This document shows positions 8,406 to 16,106 of a DNA stretch of 17,945 nt, piece by piece (positions within the stretch are counted from its first letter, which is position 1; every line of letters starts with the position of its first letter). Position numbers and translations under genes: made by a program. Source of the DNA: Silvanigrellaceae bacterium (GTDB taxonomy: Bacteria; Bdellovibrionota_B; Oligoflexia; Silvanigrellales; Silvanigrellaceae); contig JBMSQQ010000068.1 of NCBI GenBank assembly GCA_049423385.1, positions 1 through 17,945 of the forward strand. Direction: 5' to 3'. The notes under the pieces were generated by a model. It searched no databases. It was not told where the DNA came from and was given only the letters and a program-made list of their open reading frames with translations.

Positions 8406-9108
8406 GTCCTTTGCGCTCTTCGATAACCCCGTGGCCGGTCTGATTGGGCAGCAGAACCGCTCCCGGCCGCAAAAGGGTTCCAGGGTTTGTGACTGCATTA
8501 CAGCCTGTTTGGGCGCGGTTTCCAAAAACCGCGCCAAATTTTTTAAGGCCGGTTGCGACTGTCGCTTCTTCGAGCCTCACCGGAACCTGTCCGTGGTCGA
8601 GGCGAAGGTTGGCGCATTTCGTGCCTGCACCGAGATTGCAATCAATGCCAAGAACGCTGTCGCCCACGTAAGCAAAATGTGCGGCTTTTGCATCATTGAG
8701 CAAGAGGCATCCCTTGAGCTCGCTCGTGTGTCCAACGACAGCTCCCTTGCAGACGTAAACCTGTCCACGAATGTAAGCTCCGTGGCGCACCACGGCCCCG
8801 GATTCGATGTAGGTTGGTCCACTGATGAATGCACCTGCTTCGACTACGGCTCCCTCTTCCACAACAATGCTTTCGATGTTTTCAAGAAAAGCATTTTTGC
8901 TGATTTTGCCGCGCAATCTTTGATCTGCAGGTTGTTTTTCAACTTGTTCAGCAACGAATTTTGCAAGCGTGCCACCCAAAAGCTCCCACGGATGCTTTCT
9001 GGATTTGAGAAATTCCAAAACGTCGGCGCGCAGGCAGTGTGAAACTGGCTCATTCAATTGAAAAAGAGCTTCGTTTGTGCAGTCGACAACAGTGGCTTTT
9101 GTGCTCAT
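8380..9108 (-). CDS. Stand-alone left-handed beta-helix acyltransferase resembling the GlmU C-terminal acetyltransferase domain
   Basis: Hexapeptide repeats (VEEGAVVEAGAFISGPTYIESGAVVRHGAYIRG), HFAYVGDSVLG, NLGAGT..AN, TGLKKFGAVFG, TGCNAVTNPG. GGAG SD upstream. No nucleotidyltransferase domain. Confidence 0.85.
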   Translation of the reverse strand: MSTKATVVDCTNEALFQLNEPVSHCLRADVLEFLKSRKHPWELLGGTLAKFVAEQVEKQPADQRLRGKISKNAFLENIESIVVEEGAVVEAGAFISGPTYIESGAVVRHGAYIRGQVYVCKGAVVGHTSELKGCLLLNDAKAAHFAYVGDSVLGIDCNLGAGTKCANLRLDHGQVPVRLEEATVATGLKKFGAVFGNRAQTGCNAVTNPGTLLRPGAVLLPNQTGHGVIEERKGLRQRLSQK

Positions 9109-9182
9109 GAGAACTCCAGGGAAAAAGGCGAAAGAGTCAGGGTGTCAGGTTACCCGCGTTCATTCGACCCGGCAAATAGTCC

Positions 9183-9209
9183 TCAATGATGGGCAAAAAC
9201 TTCCGATTC
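9183..9209 (+). promoter_or_regulatory. Sigma28 (FliA)-like promoter
   Basis: TCAATGAT-N11-TCCGATTC (TCAA-N15-TCCGAT), about 31 bp upstream of ATG 9241. Confidence 0.5.
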
Positions 9210-9240
9210 ACCAAAGACATGTGGAAGAGGAGAAACAAGG

Positions 9241-9483
9241 ATGTTCGACAAAAATCATTTCAAGGAAGCGTTCAGAAGCTGGGTGCAGCACAATCCGATG
9301 GCGAGTGAGCGGGAGGCTCTCTCGTTTTGTCAGGAAAATATCCCGGCAAGCTGCATCGTGAGTCATTACTGGCTCATTGAGCAAAGCATCCAGTGGTTCA
9401 AATGGGTGCATCAAACACGTGCGATAGACGATCCTTTTTTCGAACCGGTTGAGGCCCAGGAGGCCCGCAAGCACGTGTGTTGA
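9241..9483 (+). CDS. Small hypothetical helical protein (80 aa)
   Basis: Strong SD GAGGAG 8 nt before the ATG; fills the gap between two minus-strand genes; Trp-rich amphipathic helices. Confidence 0.75.
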   Translation: MFDKNHFKEAFRSWVQHNPMASEREALSFCQENIPASCIVSHYWLIEQSIQWFKWVHQTRAIDDPFFEPVEAQEARKHVC

Positions 9484-9499
9484 TGGGAGAGCCTGCTCC

Positions 9500-10135
9500 T
9501 CAGGCACTCATCAATGAAATACGTCCCCGTGCATTGCTGTGGTCGACAAAATATTTTTGCGCCCGGGTGTCGAACCTGGTTGTGTCGAGCCAGCGGTTTG
9601 TCCAGCAATGTGAAAATGCTCTCTGGATGTGGTGGAATGCCAACGATTCAGCATTGCGATAGAGTTCCTCTTTTCCATCCTTGAACGATCTGTTTTCAAA
9701 AAGAGCGTCACAGATTTCGCGGCAGTTCTCGAAGCGGACGTCCATTCTGAGTGCAGGAAAAAAGTCGTTCCAATGCATGAAACATAAAAATCGATCTATT
9801 TCCGCGAGTGTTTCAAGTTCGAGCGACGAGATGGATGCTTCAATTTCTGCAGCGTGAATGTAGTGAAAGAGATGACTGATTTCTTCGCAAACCACCGACA
9901 GTGATTGAGGTGCAAGTGCTGCAGATGTCGAAATTGTTTTCTTCAGTCGGTGGGGAATTTCCACAGAAACGAATGCAGAGTCTTTTTCCGATGTTTCGTC
10001 AATCAACAGTCGTGGGTTCTCGTGATTTGCCACGACGACAAAATCGAGAGGCTCAAGGTGGGGTGCACGCTCGTAGTAGCGGTGGAGAAATTTCCACATC
10101 GAGAGAACCGTGATTTCAAATCGGCTCTCATTCAT
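9500..10135 (-). CDS. Hypothetical protein with zincin-like EExxH...ExxA motif
   Basis: 211 aa from ATG 10135, which overlaps the upstream stop (ATGA). Contains VCEEISHLFHY followed by SSLELETLAEIDRF. Confidence 0.8.
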   Translation of the reverse strand: MNESRFEITVLSMWKFLHRYYERAPHLEPLDFVVVANHENPRLLIDETSEKDSAFVSVEIPHRLKKTISTSAALAPQSLSVVCEEISHLFHYIHAAEIEASISSLELETLAEIDRFLCFMHWNDFFPALRMDVRFENCREICDALFENRSFKDGKEELYRNAESLAFHHIQRAFSHCWTNRWLDTTRFDTRAQKYFVDHSNARGRISLMSA

Positions 10136-10752
10136 TGCACCGCCTTTTTGGAAACACGGACGGGATTGATCCCACGCTTGTTCAAATCTTTTGCAAGCTT
10201 TCTGCTGGTTGTCGACAGCCATGCATCGTACAAGGAAAGGGTCGAGCGTTGGGATTCGAGTCCCGATGTGCTTTCCGAAACGTCGGTTATAATGTCCACC
10301 GCAGTTCCAAATGAAGAAGCCATCTCGCCATAAATTTCGCTCATGGCAGCTTCCGATGCCGTGCGTTTGCGCATCAGGCTTGAGAGTTGCCCATAAGCTC
10401 CTTCACCCATCATGACGTAATAGCTGATGTCGAAGCATTTGTTGTTGAAGTATTCCTGAAAAAATCCGGAAAAGTAGAGAGCCGTGTCGGCCAGTTTCTT
10501 GTAGAGGAAAATCTGCTCTCCCGAAGGACTCTCGAGAGCCTTTTTAAGCATCAGGGCCAAACACTCGTCGGTCAATTTGCCTTCGTCGACGCGCACGTAG
10601 TCGCACAACAGATTGACGATGTAGAACTCGACGTTTTCGCTGAGCATGATGCCCTGTCGAGACTGGGCTTCCTGAACCTTTTCGTGGAAAAAGGCCTGAG
10701 GGCTCAGGTCTGTGGTCCAAATCGATGCCGATTCCGGTGTCGAGCTGCCCAA
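10132..10752 (-). CDS. Conserved-looking all-helical hypothetical protein
   Basis: 206 aa; TTG start with strong SD GAGGAGG 8 nt upstream; blocks FYIVNLL, LADTALYFSGFF, YYVMMGEGAY, LSLYDAWL, LNKRGI. Confidence 0.85.
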   Translation of the reverse strand: MGSSTPESASIWTTDLSPQAFFHEKVQEAQSRQGIMLSENVEFYIVNLLCDYVRVDEGKLTDECLALMLKKALESPSGEQIFLYKKLADTALYFSGFFQEYFNNKCFDISYYVMMGEGAYGQLSSLMRKRTASEAAMSEIYGEMASSFGTAVDIITDVSESTSGLESQRSTLSLYDAWLSTTSRKLAKDLNKRGINPVRVSKKAVQ

Positions 10753-10879
10753 GCAGTGGTCCTCCTCATCCGTAGAACGAGTGGCCTGCTGTGTAAGCCC
10801 CCGTTCTTCTTCAGTATCGGATATTTTGACTGATTGGCCAGTTCAAAAACGGCCCGGAGTCAAAAATCCCTCGGAGCCT

Positions 10880-10906
10880 GTATCGGAATTCCCTGAAATG
10901 GCTTGA
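10880..10906 (-). promoter_or_regulatory. Sigma28 (FliA)-like promoter for the two-gene hypothetical operon
   Basis: Minus strand TCAAGCCA-N11-TCCGATAC immediately after the lipoprotein stop; a second TCCGATAC copy lies at 10821-10814. Confidence 0.6.
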
Positions 10907-10907
10907 A

Positions 10908-12431
10908 TCAAGGGCGACTGATGCCCTCGAGCTTGAGTCTGACAACGCGTGAACCCAGGAGCGTCCCGTCGCTTCGGCGATTGACAAACTTCAGTGCACG
11001 AACCTGATTTCCGTTCAATCCAGTCCTGCGAATCTCGTGGGTAAAGTCGAATCTGCGCTGGCGCGGGTCAAGATCGCGCTTGAGCACCAGCTCCCAGCTG
11101 CTTGCGTCTCCCCGGGGTTCCTGTGTGTCCTGGTAAATCTGGATTTGTCCGCTCTCCGAATCTGGATAAACAACTCCGTCAATCACGGTTCCGGCGATCG
11201 TTTGACCGGAAGTGGGTTGTTCGATTTTGATCTGGCTGATTTGTTTTGGAAGGCTCTCGCTCAGCAGGAGTTCCCTGAACAATTCGCTGTCCCAGTTGGC
11301 GCTCAACGCAAACGCGGGGCGTGGCGAATTGTCGTCGATGAGTCCCAAAACCTCGATGACCGATTGCCGAAGAAATTCGCGCTGGACAGTGTTTGGACTG
11401 TCGGTGGGAACGTCCTGAGTGAGGCGTCCGGCAGCGCGTCGAACAAAGCTTCGCAGCGAGACGTAATCTTCCCAGTCAAAGAGGTCCTGACGCATGCTTT
11501 CTCGAGTTGTTCCGGTGACACCCGAGACCATCAAAGTCACTGTGTCTTTCTGCACTTCGTCTTGCCACAGAAGTTCGTGCTTGGGGTCATGGAATTGAAC
11601 GGTTTCGCGGATTCCATTGAGTCCCCGATAAGAAAGAAAATGCGCGCCGAGGCTGGACGTTTGTCGAAGCGCTTCGAAGCATCGGAGTGCCGACGATGGA
11701 CACAGCCTGACAACAAGTTTGGGTGTTTTGCCGGTCGAACGAAAGCTGCCGGAGCGAACTTTTGAGTTTCCTTCAATGGCGATGTCTGCAAGTCCATCGC
11801 TTTGCCAGCGGAAACCGTTCAGCAGTCTCAATTGTCCTGGATCGAGTTGACGAAGGTCGATCTTTTCTTCGTCGCTCGCCGGTGGAAGCGTGTAGGACTC
11901 CTTGTCGTTCAGTGCCGCGTGGAAACCGTTGTTGTTGGCTTCCAGGAGATCCATCAACACGAGCCTGATCTGCAGGGAGCGCAGATTGGGATCCGTCTCG
12001 AAGTTTCCAACCAATGCTTCTGCAATCAGCGCAAGCCAGTCAAAGTCGTTGGAGGGTTGGCGTTTTTCAGCCCGGTCGCGGATTTCGTTGACCAATACAC
12101 TCATCTGCTCTCGAAAACTTGCCTGGCCCAGGGCAGGCGAAGCGCGCAGATCGAGCCCCACGGAGCCGGTGCGACCCGATTCGCTCAGCCATTGCTGCGC
12201 CTTTTGACCATCGCTGAGGCCGAAGTAGCCCGCAACGAAGCCGGTTGCCATCATGTGTCTTTCCTTGAAACCCGCCTCGCCAGCGAGGCGAAGAACCGAC
12301 CCTATGCGTGGGCCATACACTTGTTCAGTGGACAATGTTGGCTCGGTTGTCTCGCTTCGACACGCCGAAAAATGTAGGCAGGCAAGTGCCGTGAATCCCA
12401 GAACCGTGTGCGGAATAGCCCGAATTTTCAT
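10908..12431 (-). CDS. Hypothetical lipoprotein (507 aa), possible C-terminal Ig-like domain
   Basis: True start probably ATG 12431 (purine-rich GAAAGGGAAG upstream). Signal peptide MKIRAIPHTVLGFTALACLHFSAC has a lipobox (FSAC24, alternatively ALAC18). The last ~100 aa are beta-strand patterned. The 758-aa version in the ORF track overlaps fni antisense. Confidence 0.8.
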   Translation of the reverse strand: MKIRAIPHTVLGFTALACLHFSACRSETTEPTLSTEQVYGPRIGSVLRLAGEAGFKERHMMATGFVAGYFGLSDGQKAQQWLSESGRTGSVGLDLRASPALGQASFREQMSVLVNEIRDRAEKRQPSNDFDWLALIAEALVGNFETDPNLRSLQIRLVLMDLLEANNNGFHAALNDKESYTLPPASDEEKIDLRQLDPGQLRLLNGFRWQSDGLADIAIEGNSKVRSGSFRSTGKTPKLVVRLCPSSALRCFEALRQTSSLGAHFLSYRGLNGIRETVQFHDPKHELLWQDEVQKDTVTLMVSGVTGTTRESMRQDLFDWEDYVSLRSFVRRAAGRLTQDVPTDSPNTVQREFLRQSVIEVLGLIDDNSPRPAFALSANWDSELFRELLLSESLPKQISQIKIEQPTSGQTIAGTVIDGVVYPDSESGQIQIYQDTQEPRGDASSWELVLKRDLDPRQRRFDFTHEIRRTGLNGNQVRALKFVNRRSDGTLLGSRVVRLKLEGISRP

Positions 12432-12529
12432 GACATCTTCCCTTTCTCTGCCAGCTGTTGGTCTCATTCTAGCCGGTTCTTGCGGGAAAATCTGAGGTTC
12501 GACGAGCCGAGGTTTTGACTCGCGGGGGT

Positions 12530-12541
12530 TTGACCGGTCAA
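12530..12541. promoter_or_regulatory. Perfect 12-bp palindrome TTGACCGGTCAA, possible operator
   Basis: Lies in the divergent intergenic region between the lipoprotein gene and the mevalonate operon, 25 bp upstream of a TTGACG -35-like hexamer (12567-12572). Confidence 0.35.
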
Positions 12542-12623
12542 GGCCGGCCAATTCGACAAGAAATGGTTGACGTTGCAGCGCTTTATCAATAGTCATCGGT
12601 ATCTCTGACAGGAGACGCCAAAC

Positions 12624-13712
12624 GTGGAAAAGACGGGTCGACCAGCCACCCTCGAGGATACCCCCGAGAGGGCGGCGGCACGAAAGCAAAGTCACATCGA
12701 TATTTGCGCCAACGCGCAGGTTGAATCCGTCGTTCAACGTCCGGGTGGATGGTTTCTGGCTCCCGAGGCCCTTCCTGATTTTTCGCCTCAAGAAATCGAA
12801 ACATCGCAATCGTTCCTTGGCCGCAAATTTTCGCTTCCGGTTCTCGTGACGGGGATGACAGGCGGAGTCCGCGAAGGCCAGAGGATCAATGAGATACTCG
12901 CATGCGCCGCAGAGCGCTGGAACATTCCAATGGGGCTTGGTTCCCAGAAGCTCATGCTGAAAGACCCCTCCTGCAAAAAGTTGTTCGATGTCCGTGCGGC
13001 TGCGCCCGGAGTTTTTCTGATCGGGAATTTGGGTGCCGTCAGTTTCAATTATGGCATTCGTGTCGAAGACGTTGTGCGTATGGTCGACGAATTGCAACTC
13101 AATGCCTTTGCGCTTCATGTGAATTCCCTCCAGGAACAGGTGCAACCCGAAGGCGAGAGGAATTTCGGCGGATTGCTTGAACATGTGGAGAACCTGGTGC
13201 GAGCCCTTCCTGTGCCTGTGATGGTCAAGGAAGTTGGTTCAGGCATGACGGCAAGCACGTGCCGGCGCATTTTGGCAACAGGTGTGAAGGCGGTTGATGT
13301 GGGCGGTCACGGCGGCACAAGCTGGGGTGTCATCGAAGGAATGCGCGGCAATTCCATGGAGACACGACTTGGGGAATTGTTTCGCAATTGGGGGCTTTCC
13401 ACCGAAGAGTCGATCATCGAGTGCCACCCTGTTGCAAGCGCTTTTGGACTTGCGCCGGCGCGACAGTTGGTTGCGACGGGCGGAGTGCGTGACGGTTTGC
13501 AGGTTGCAATCTTGACCGCTTTGGGCGCAGCAATGTGCGGAGTTGGACTTCCATTTTTCAGGTCGGTTGTGAATCCGCCATCTGGGATGACTTCCGATGA
13601 ATCCCTGGACGAAGAAATTGGTTTCTTCGCCCGTTCACTTGAAATTGCGATGTATTGTTCGGGCTCACGCACACTCCAGTGTTTGCCCGCACGTTTGAGA
13701 AAAAGGAGTTGA
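12624..13712 (+). CDS. fni: Type 2 isopentenyl-diphosphate delta-isomerase (FMN-dependent IDI-2)
   Basis: RKQSHIDIC, VTGMTGG, GLGSQ, IGNLG, HVNSLQEQVQPEGERNF, VKEVGSG, GHGGTSW, ATGGVRDG. AGGAG SD before GTG 12624. Confidence 0.96.
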   Translation: MEKTGRPATLEDTPERAAARKQSHIDICANAQVESVVQRPGGWFLAPEALPDFSPQEIETSQSFLGRKFSLPVLVTGMTGGVREGQRINEILACAAERWNIPMGLGSQKLMLKDPSCKKLFDVRAAAPGVFLIGNLGAVSFNYGIRVEDVVRMVDELQLNAFALHVNSLQEQVQPEGERNFGGLLEHVENLVRALPVPVMVKEVGSGMTASTCRRILATGVKAVDVGGHGGTSWGVIEGMRGNSMETRLGELFRNWGLSTEESIIECHPVASAFGLAPARQLVATGGVRDGLQVAILTALGAAMCGVGLPFFRSVVNPPSGMTSDESLDEEIGFFARSLEIAMYCSGSRTLQCLPARLRKRS

Positions 13713-13713
13713 A

Positions 13714-15060
13714 ATGACGACGACCGACGTGCATGTCGTGATGAATAAAAGCAATCTGACCGGAGACACCGTGGAAAATACTTTTGGGGGTTCCGAAGGG
13801 TATGCTGGCTCTCGCCAGACACTTCCACGTTCGAGTCGCATCACCGGTTTTGCGCAGATGAGTCCAACACAACGACTCGATGCCTTGGTCGAACGGGGTT
13901 TCATGTCAGATGAACAGGCGGCTGTGTTTTGCTCGCCCGTTCAGGTCAACGACGAGTTGGCGGACAACTTTATTGAAAATTGCGTCGGAAGTTTTTCACT
14001 CCCGTTGGGGATTGCCTCCAATTTCCTGATTGATGGTCGCGAAATGTTGATACCCATGGCTGTTGAGGAATCCAGTGTTGTTGCCGCTGCAAGTCATGGT
14101 GCAAAATTGGCCCGTACCCGTGGTGGTTTTTCCACGACTCCGACAAGAACGATTGCGACGAGCCAGATTCAATTCACGGTTGCAGCGCAGGATGCGGCTT
14201 CGGTTCCTGTTTGGTTCGAACGTGTTCGTGCAGAGATTCTCGAGCGTGCCAACAATTGTCATCCCCGCTTGCTGTCGCGCGGTGGTGGTGCAACAGGTGT
14301 TGAACTGAGAGTGCTGCCGAAACCGGGAATGTTCGTCATCCACGTTCATGTTGATACGCGGGAAGCCATGGGGGCGAACATCGTCAACACTGTTGCGGAA
14401 GACATCGGTCGTTGGCTTCCGGGCGCGTTGCCATGCACCGTCGGACTCAAGATCTTGACCAACCTGACCATCCAGCGACTGACCCGTGTCCGCTGCGAGG
14501 TAGACCCAAAGGCTCTGGAAATGTGCGGATTCAGCGGAGCCCAGGCTGTTGAGCGGATTGTTGCCGCCTGGGAGTTTGCCGACCTCGATCCTTATCGCGC
14601 AGCGACTCACAACAAGGGCATCATGAATGGCATCGACCCCGTGGTGATTGCCACAGGCAATGATTGGCGCGCGGTTGAAGCGGGCGCACATGCTTTTGCT
14701 GCTGTCAGTGGACAATACAAACCTCTGACGAAGTGGTCGGTGGGTGATGAAGGACAGCTTGTCGGAGAGATCACAGTTCCGGTCGCAGTCGGGACGGTTG
14801 GGGGAGTGACGCGGCTTCACCCTGCGGTGCAGTCGGCGCTTGCGTTGATGGGTCACCCCTCGGCCGACATCTTGTCTGGCATGATTGCCAGTGTTGGACT
14901 TGCGCAGAACCTTTCGGCATTGCGTGCGCTCGCCTGCGAAGGCATACAGCGGGGACATATGGCCTTGCATGAGAAAAACATAGAGATGATGAGGCGCTAT
15001 GACCACATCCCCTCATTGACGGCGGTGGCTCGTGGTCATGGTGCATCCAGGTCTGAGTAA
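13714..15060 (+). CDS. mvaA: Class II HMG-CoA reductase
   Basis: IENCVG, PMAVEESSVVAAAS, EAMGANIVNT, DPYRAATHNKGIMNG, GNDWRAVEA, GTVGG, GIQRGHMALH. AAGGAG SD. Confidence 0.96.
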   Translation: MTTTDVHVVMNKSNLTGDTVENTFGGSEGYAGSRQTLPRSSRITGFAQMSPTQRLDALVERGFMSDEQAAVFCSPVQVNDELADNFIENCVGSFSLPLGIASNFLIDGREMLIPMAVEESSVVAAASHGAKLARTRGGFSTTPTRTIATSQIQFTVAAQDAASVPVWFERVRAEILERANNCHPRLLSRGGGATGVELRVLPKPGMFVIHVHVDTREAMGANIVNTVAEDIGRWLPGALPCTVGLKILTNLTIQRLTRVRCEVDPKALEMCGFSGAQAVERIVAAWEFADLDPYRAATHNKGIMNGIDPVVIATGNDWRAVEAGAHAFAAVSGQYKPLTKWSVGDEGQLVGEITVPVAVGTVGGVTRLHPAVQSALALMGHPSADILSGMIASVGLAQNLSALRALACEGIQRGHMALHEKNIEMMRRYDHIPSLTAVARGHGASRSE

Positions 15061-15073
15061 ACTTGAACCAATC

Positions 15074-16102
15074 ATGAAAATAAGTGTGCCGGCCAAAGGA
15101 ATGCTTTTTGGCGAATACGGCGTTCTGAAGGGTGGTGCCGCTGCCGTGGTCACCATGAACAACAAGAGCATGGACTTGCGCTTCCAGTGCATGCCATCGT
15201 TGCGACCACAAGTCACTTTCTCCAGCAATTTTCTGGCCGGAGATGTCTGCCTCAAGCCTTCTGAAATTGTCGACCTGATTTCCGGGCATGAAAATTCCGA
15301 GTCCAGAAAATTGGCTTGTTACCTTGCGGGGTGGCAACGCTGGATTGCAGACAAGAGTTTAAATGTAAACGTGGACAGGAGTTTTTCACCTGAACTCGGA
15401 TTCGGAACGTCATCTGCCATTCTTGTTGCGTTTCAAACGGCCATGCAGTGTTTTTCGTCCGGCGGCCATGTTCCGGAAGAAATTTTGTTCTCGTCGATCA
15501 AAGGCGATTTTTGGCAGCGTCTGCACGACGCGTTGATTCATCTTCAGGGAAAGGGAAGCGGATACGACGTTGCGGTGCAGATATTTGCGCTGTTCAACCG
15601 GCACCAAGCGACGCAATCCGCTTCCGTGTATTGCTTCCAAAATCATGGATTCAAGCAGGGCAGATTTGTCCCTGAAGTGAAGCCCGTTGGTATGTCCTCG
15701 AAACAACTTTCCGCATTGGGTTGTTTTGTGCAGACTGGCGTCCGTTCTGACACAACGACTGTTCTCGCGAAGACTCAATCGATTCAGGGGTCTGATGAAT
15801 TTTGTTCGCTTCAGGATGAATGGGCACGTTCGTTTTGTGCGGATCCGTCACTGGAGAACGCGAAGCAACTTTGCATGAAAGCATCCATGTTGTCGGTTGA
15901 GCACGGTTTGTTGCCTTCCAGGCCGGAGTTGATTGAATTTGTCAGGTTGTGTGAGCGCAAAGGGATTGCTTGGAAAACCATGGGCGCGGGGCATGGTGAT
16001 TGCCTCTGGGTCCTGGCCTCAAAGCCCGATATCGAGGAGCTGATCCGTGGGATCGGCGCATCGTCCATGCACGTTGCATTTTCGTTTGACGAAGGAGTTT
16101 GA
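15074..16102 (+). CDS. mvaK2: GHMP kinase, probable phosphomevalonate kinase
   Basis: PAKGMLFGEYGVL, ELGFGTSSA, QGKGSGYDVAV, KTMGAGHGDC, similar to bacterial PMK motifs (GEY, QGxGSxxD, KxSGAGGGDC). Operon context. Start set at ATG 15074. Confidence 0.8.
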   Translation: MKISVPAKGMLFGEYGVLKGGAAAVVTMNNKSMDLRFQCMPSLRPQVTFSSNFLAGDVCLKPSEIVDLISGHENSESRKLACYLAGWQRWIADKSLNVNVDRSFSPELGFGTSSAILVAFQTAMQCFSSGGHVPEEILFSSIKGDFWQRLHDALIHLQGKGSGYDVAVQIFALFNRHQATQSASVYCFQNHGFKQGRFVPEVKPVGMSSKQLSALGCFVQTGVRSDTTTVLAKTQSIQGSDEFCSLQDEWARSFCADPSLENAKQLCMKASMLSVEHGLLPSRPELIEFVRLCERKGIAWKTMGAGHGDCLWVLASKPDIEELIRGIGASSMHVAFSFDEGV

Positions 16103-16106
16103 AACC

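Noticed and set aside
9486..9505. Small hairpin GCCTG-ctcct-CAGGC between convergent genes
   Set aside because: Short stem, no U tract on either strand, and it overlaps the stop of the minus-strand gene.
10136..10222. Longer start for the EExxH protein (240 aa)
   Set aside because: Would overlap the upstream gene by about 90 bp; the ATGA-coupled start at 10135 is more plausible.
12432..13184. N-terminal 251 aa of the 758-aa minus-strand ORF
   Set aside because: Overlaps the well-supported fni gene antisense; a signal peptide with lipobox begins at ATG 12431.
13996..15006. 336-aa minus-strand ORF
   Set aside because: Antisense shadow of mvaA with no recognisable motifs.
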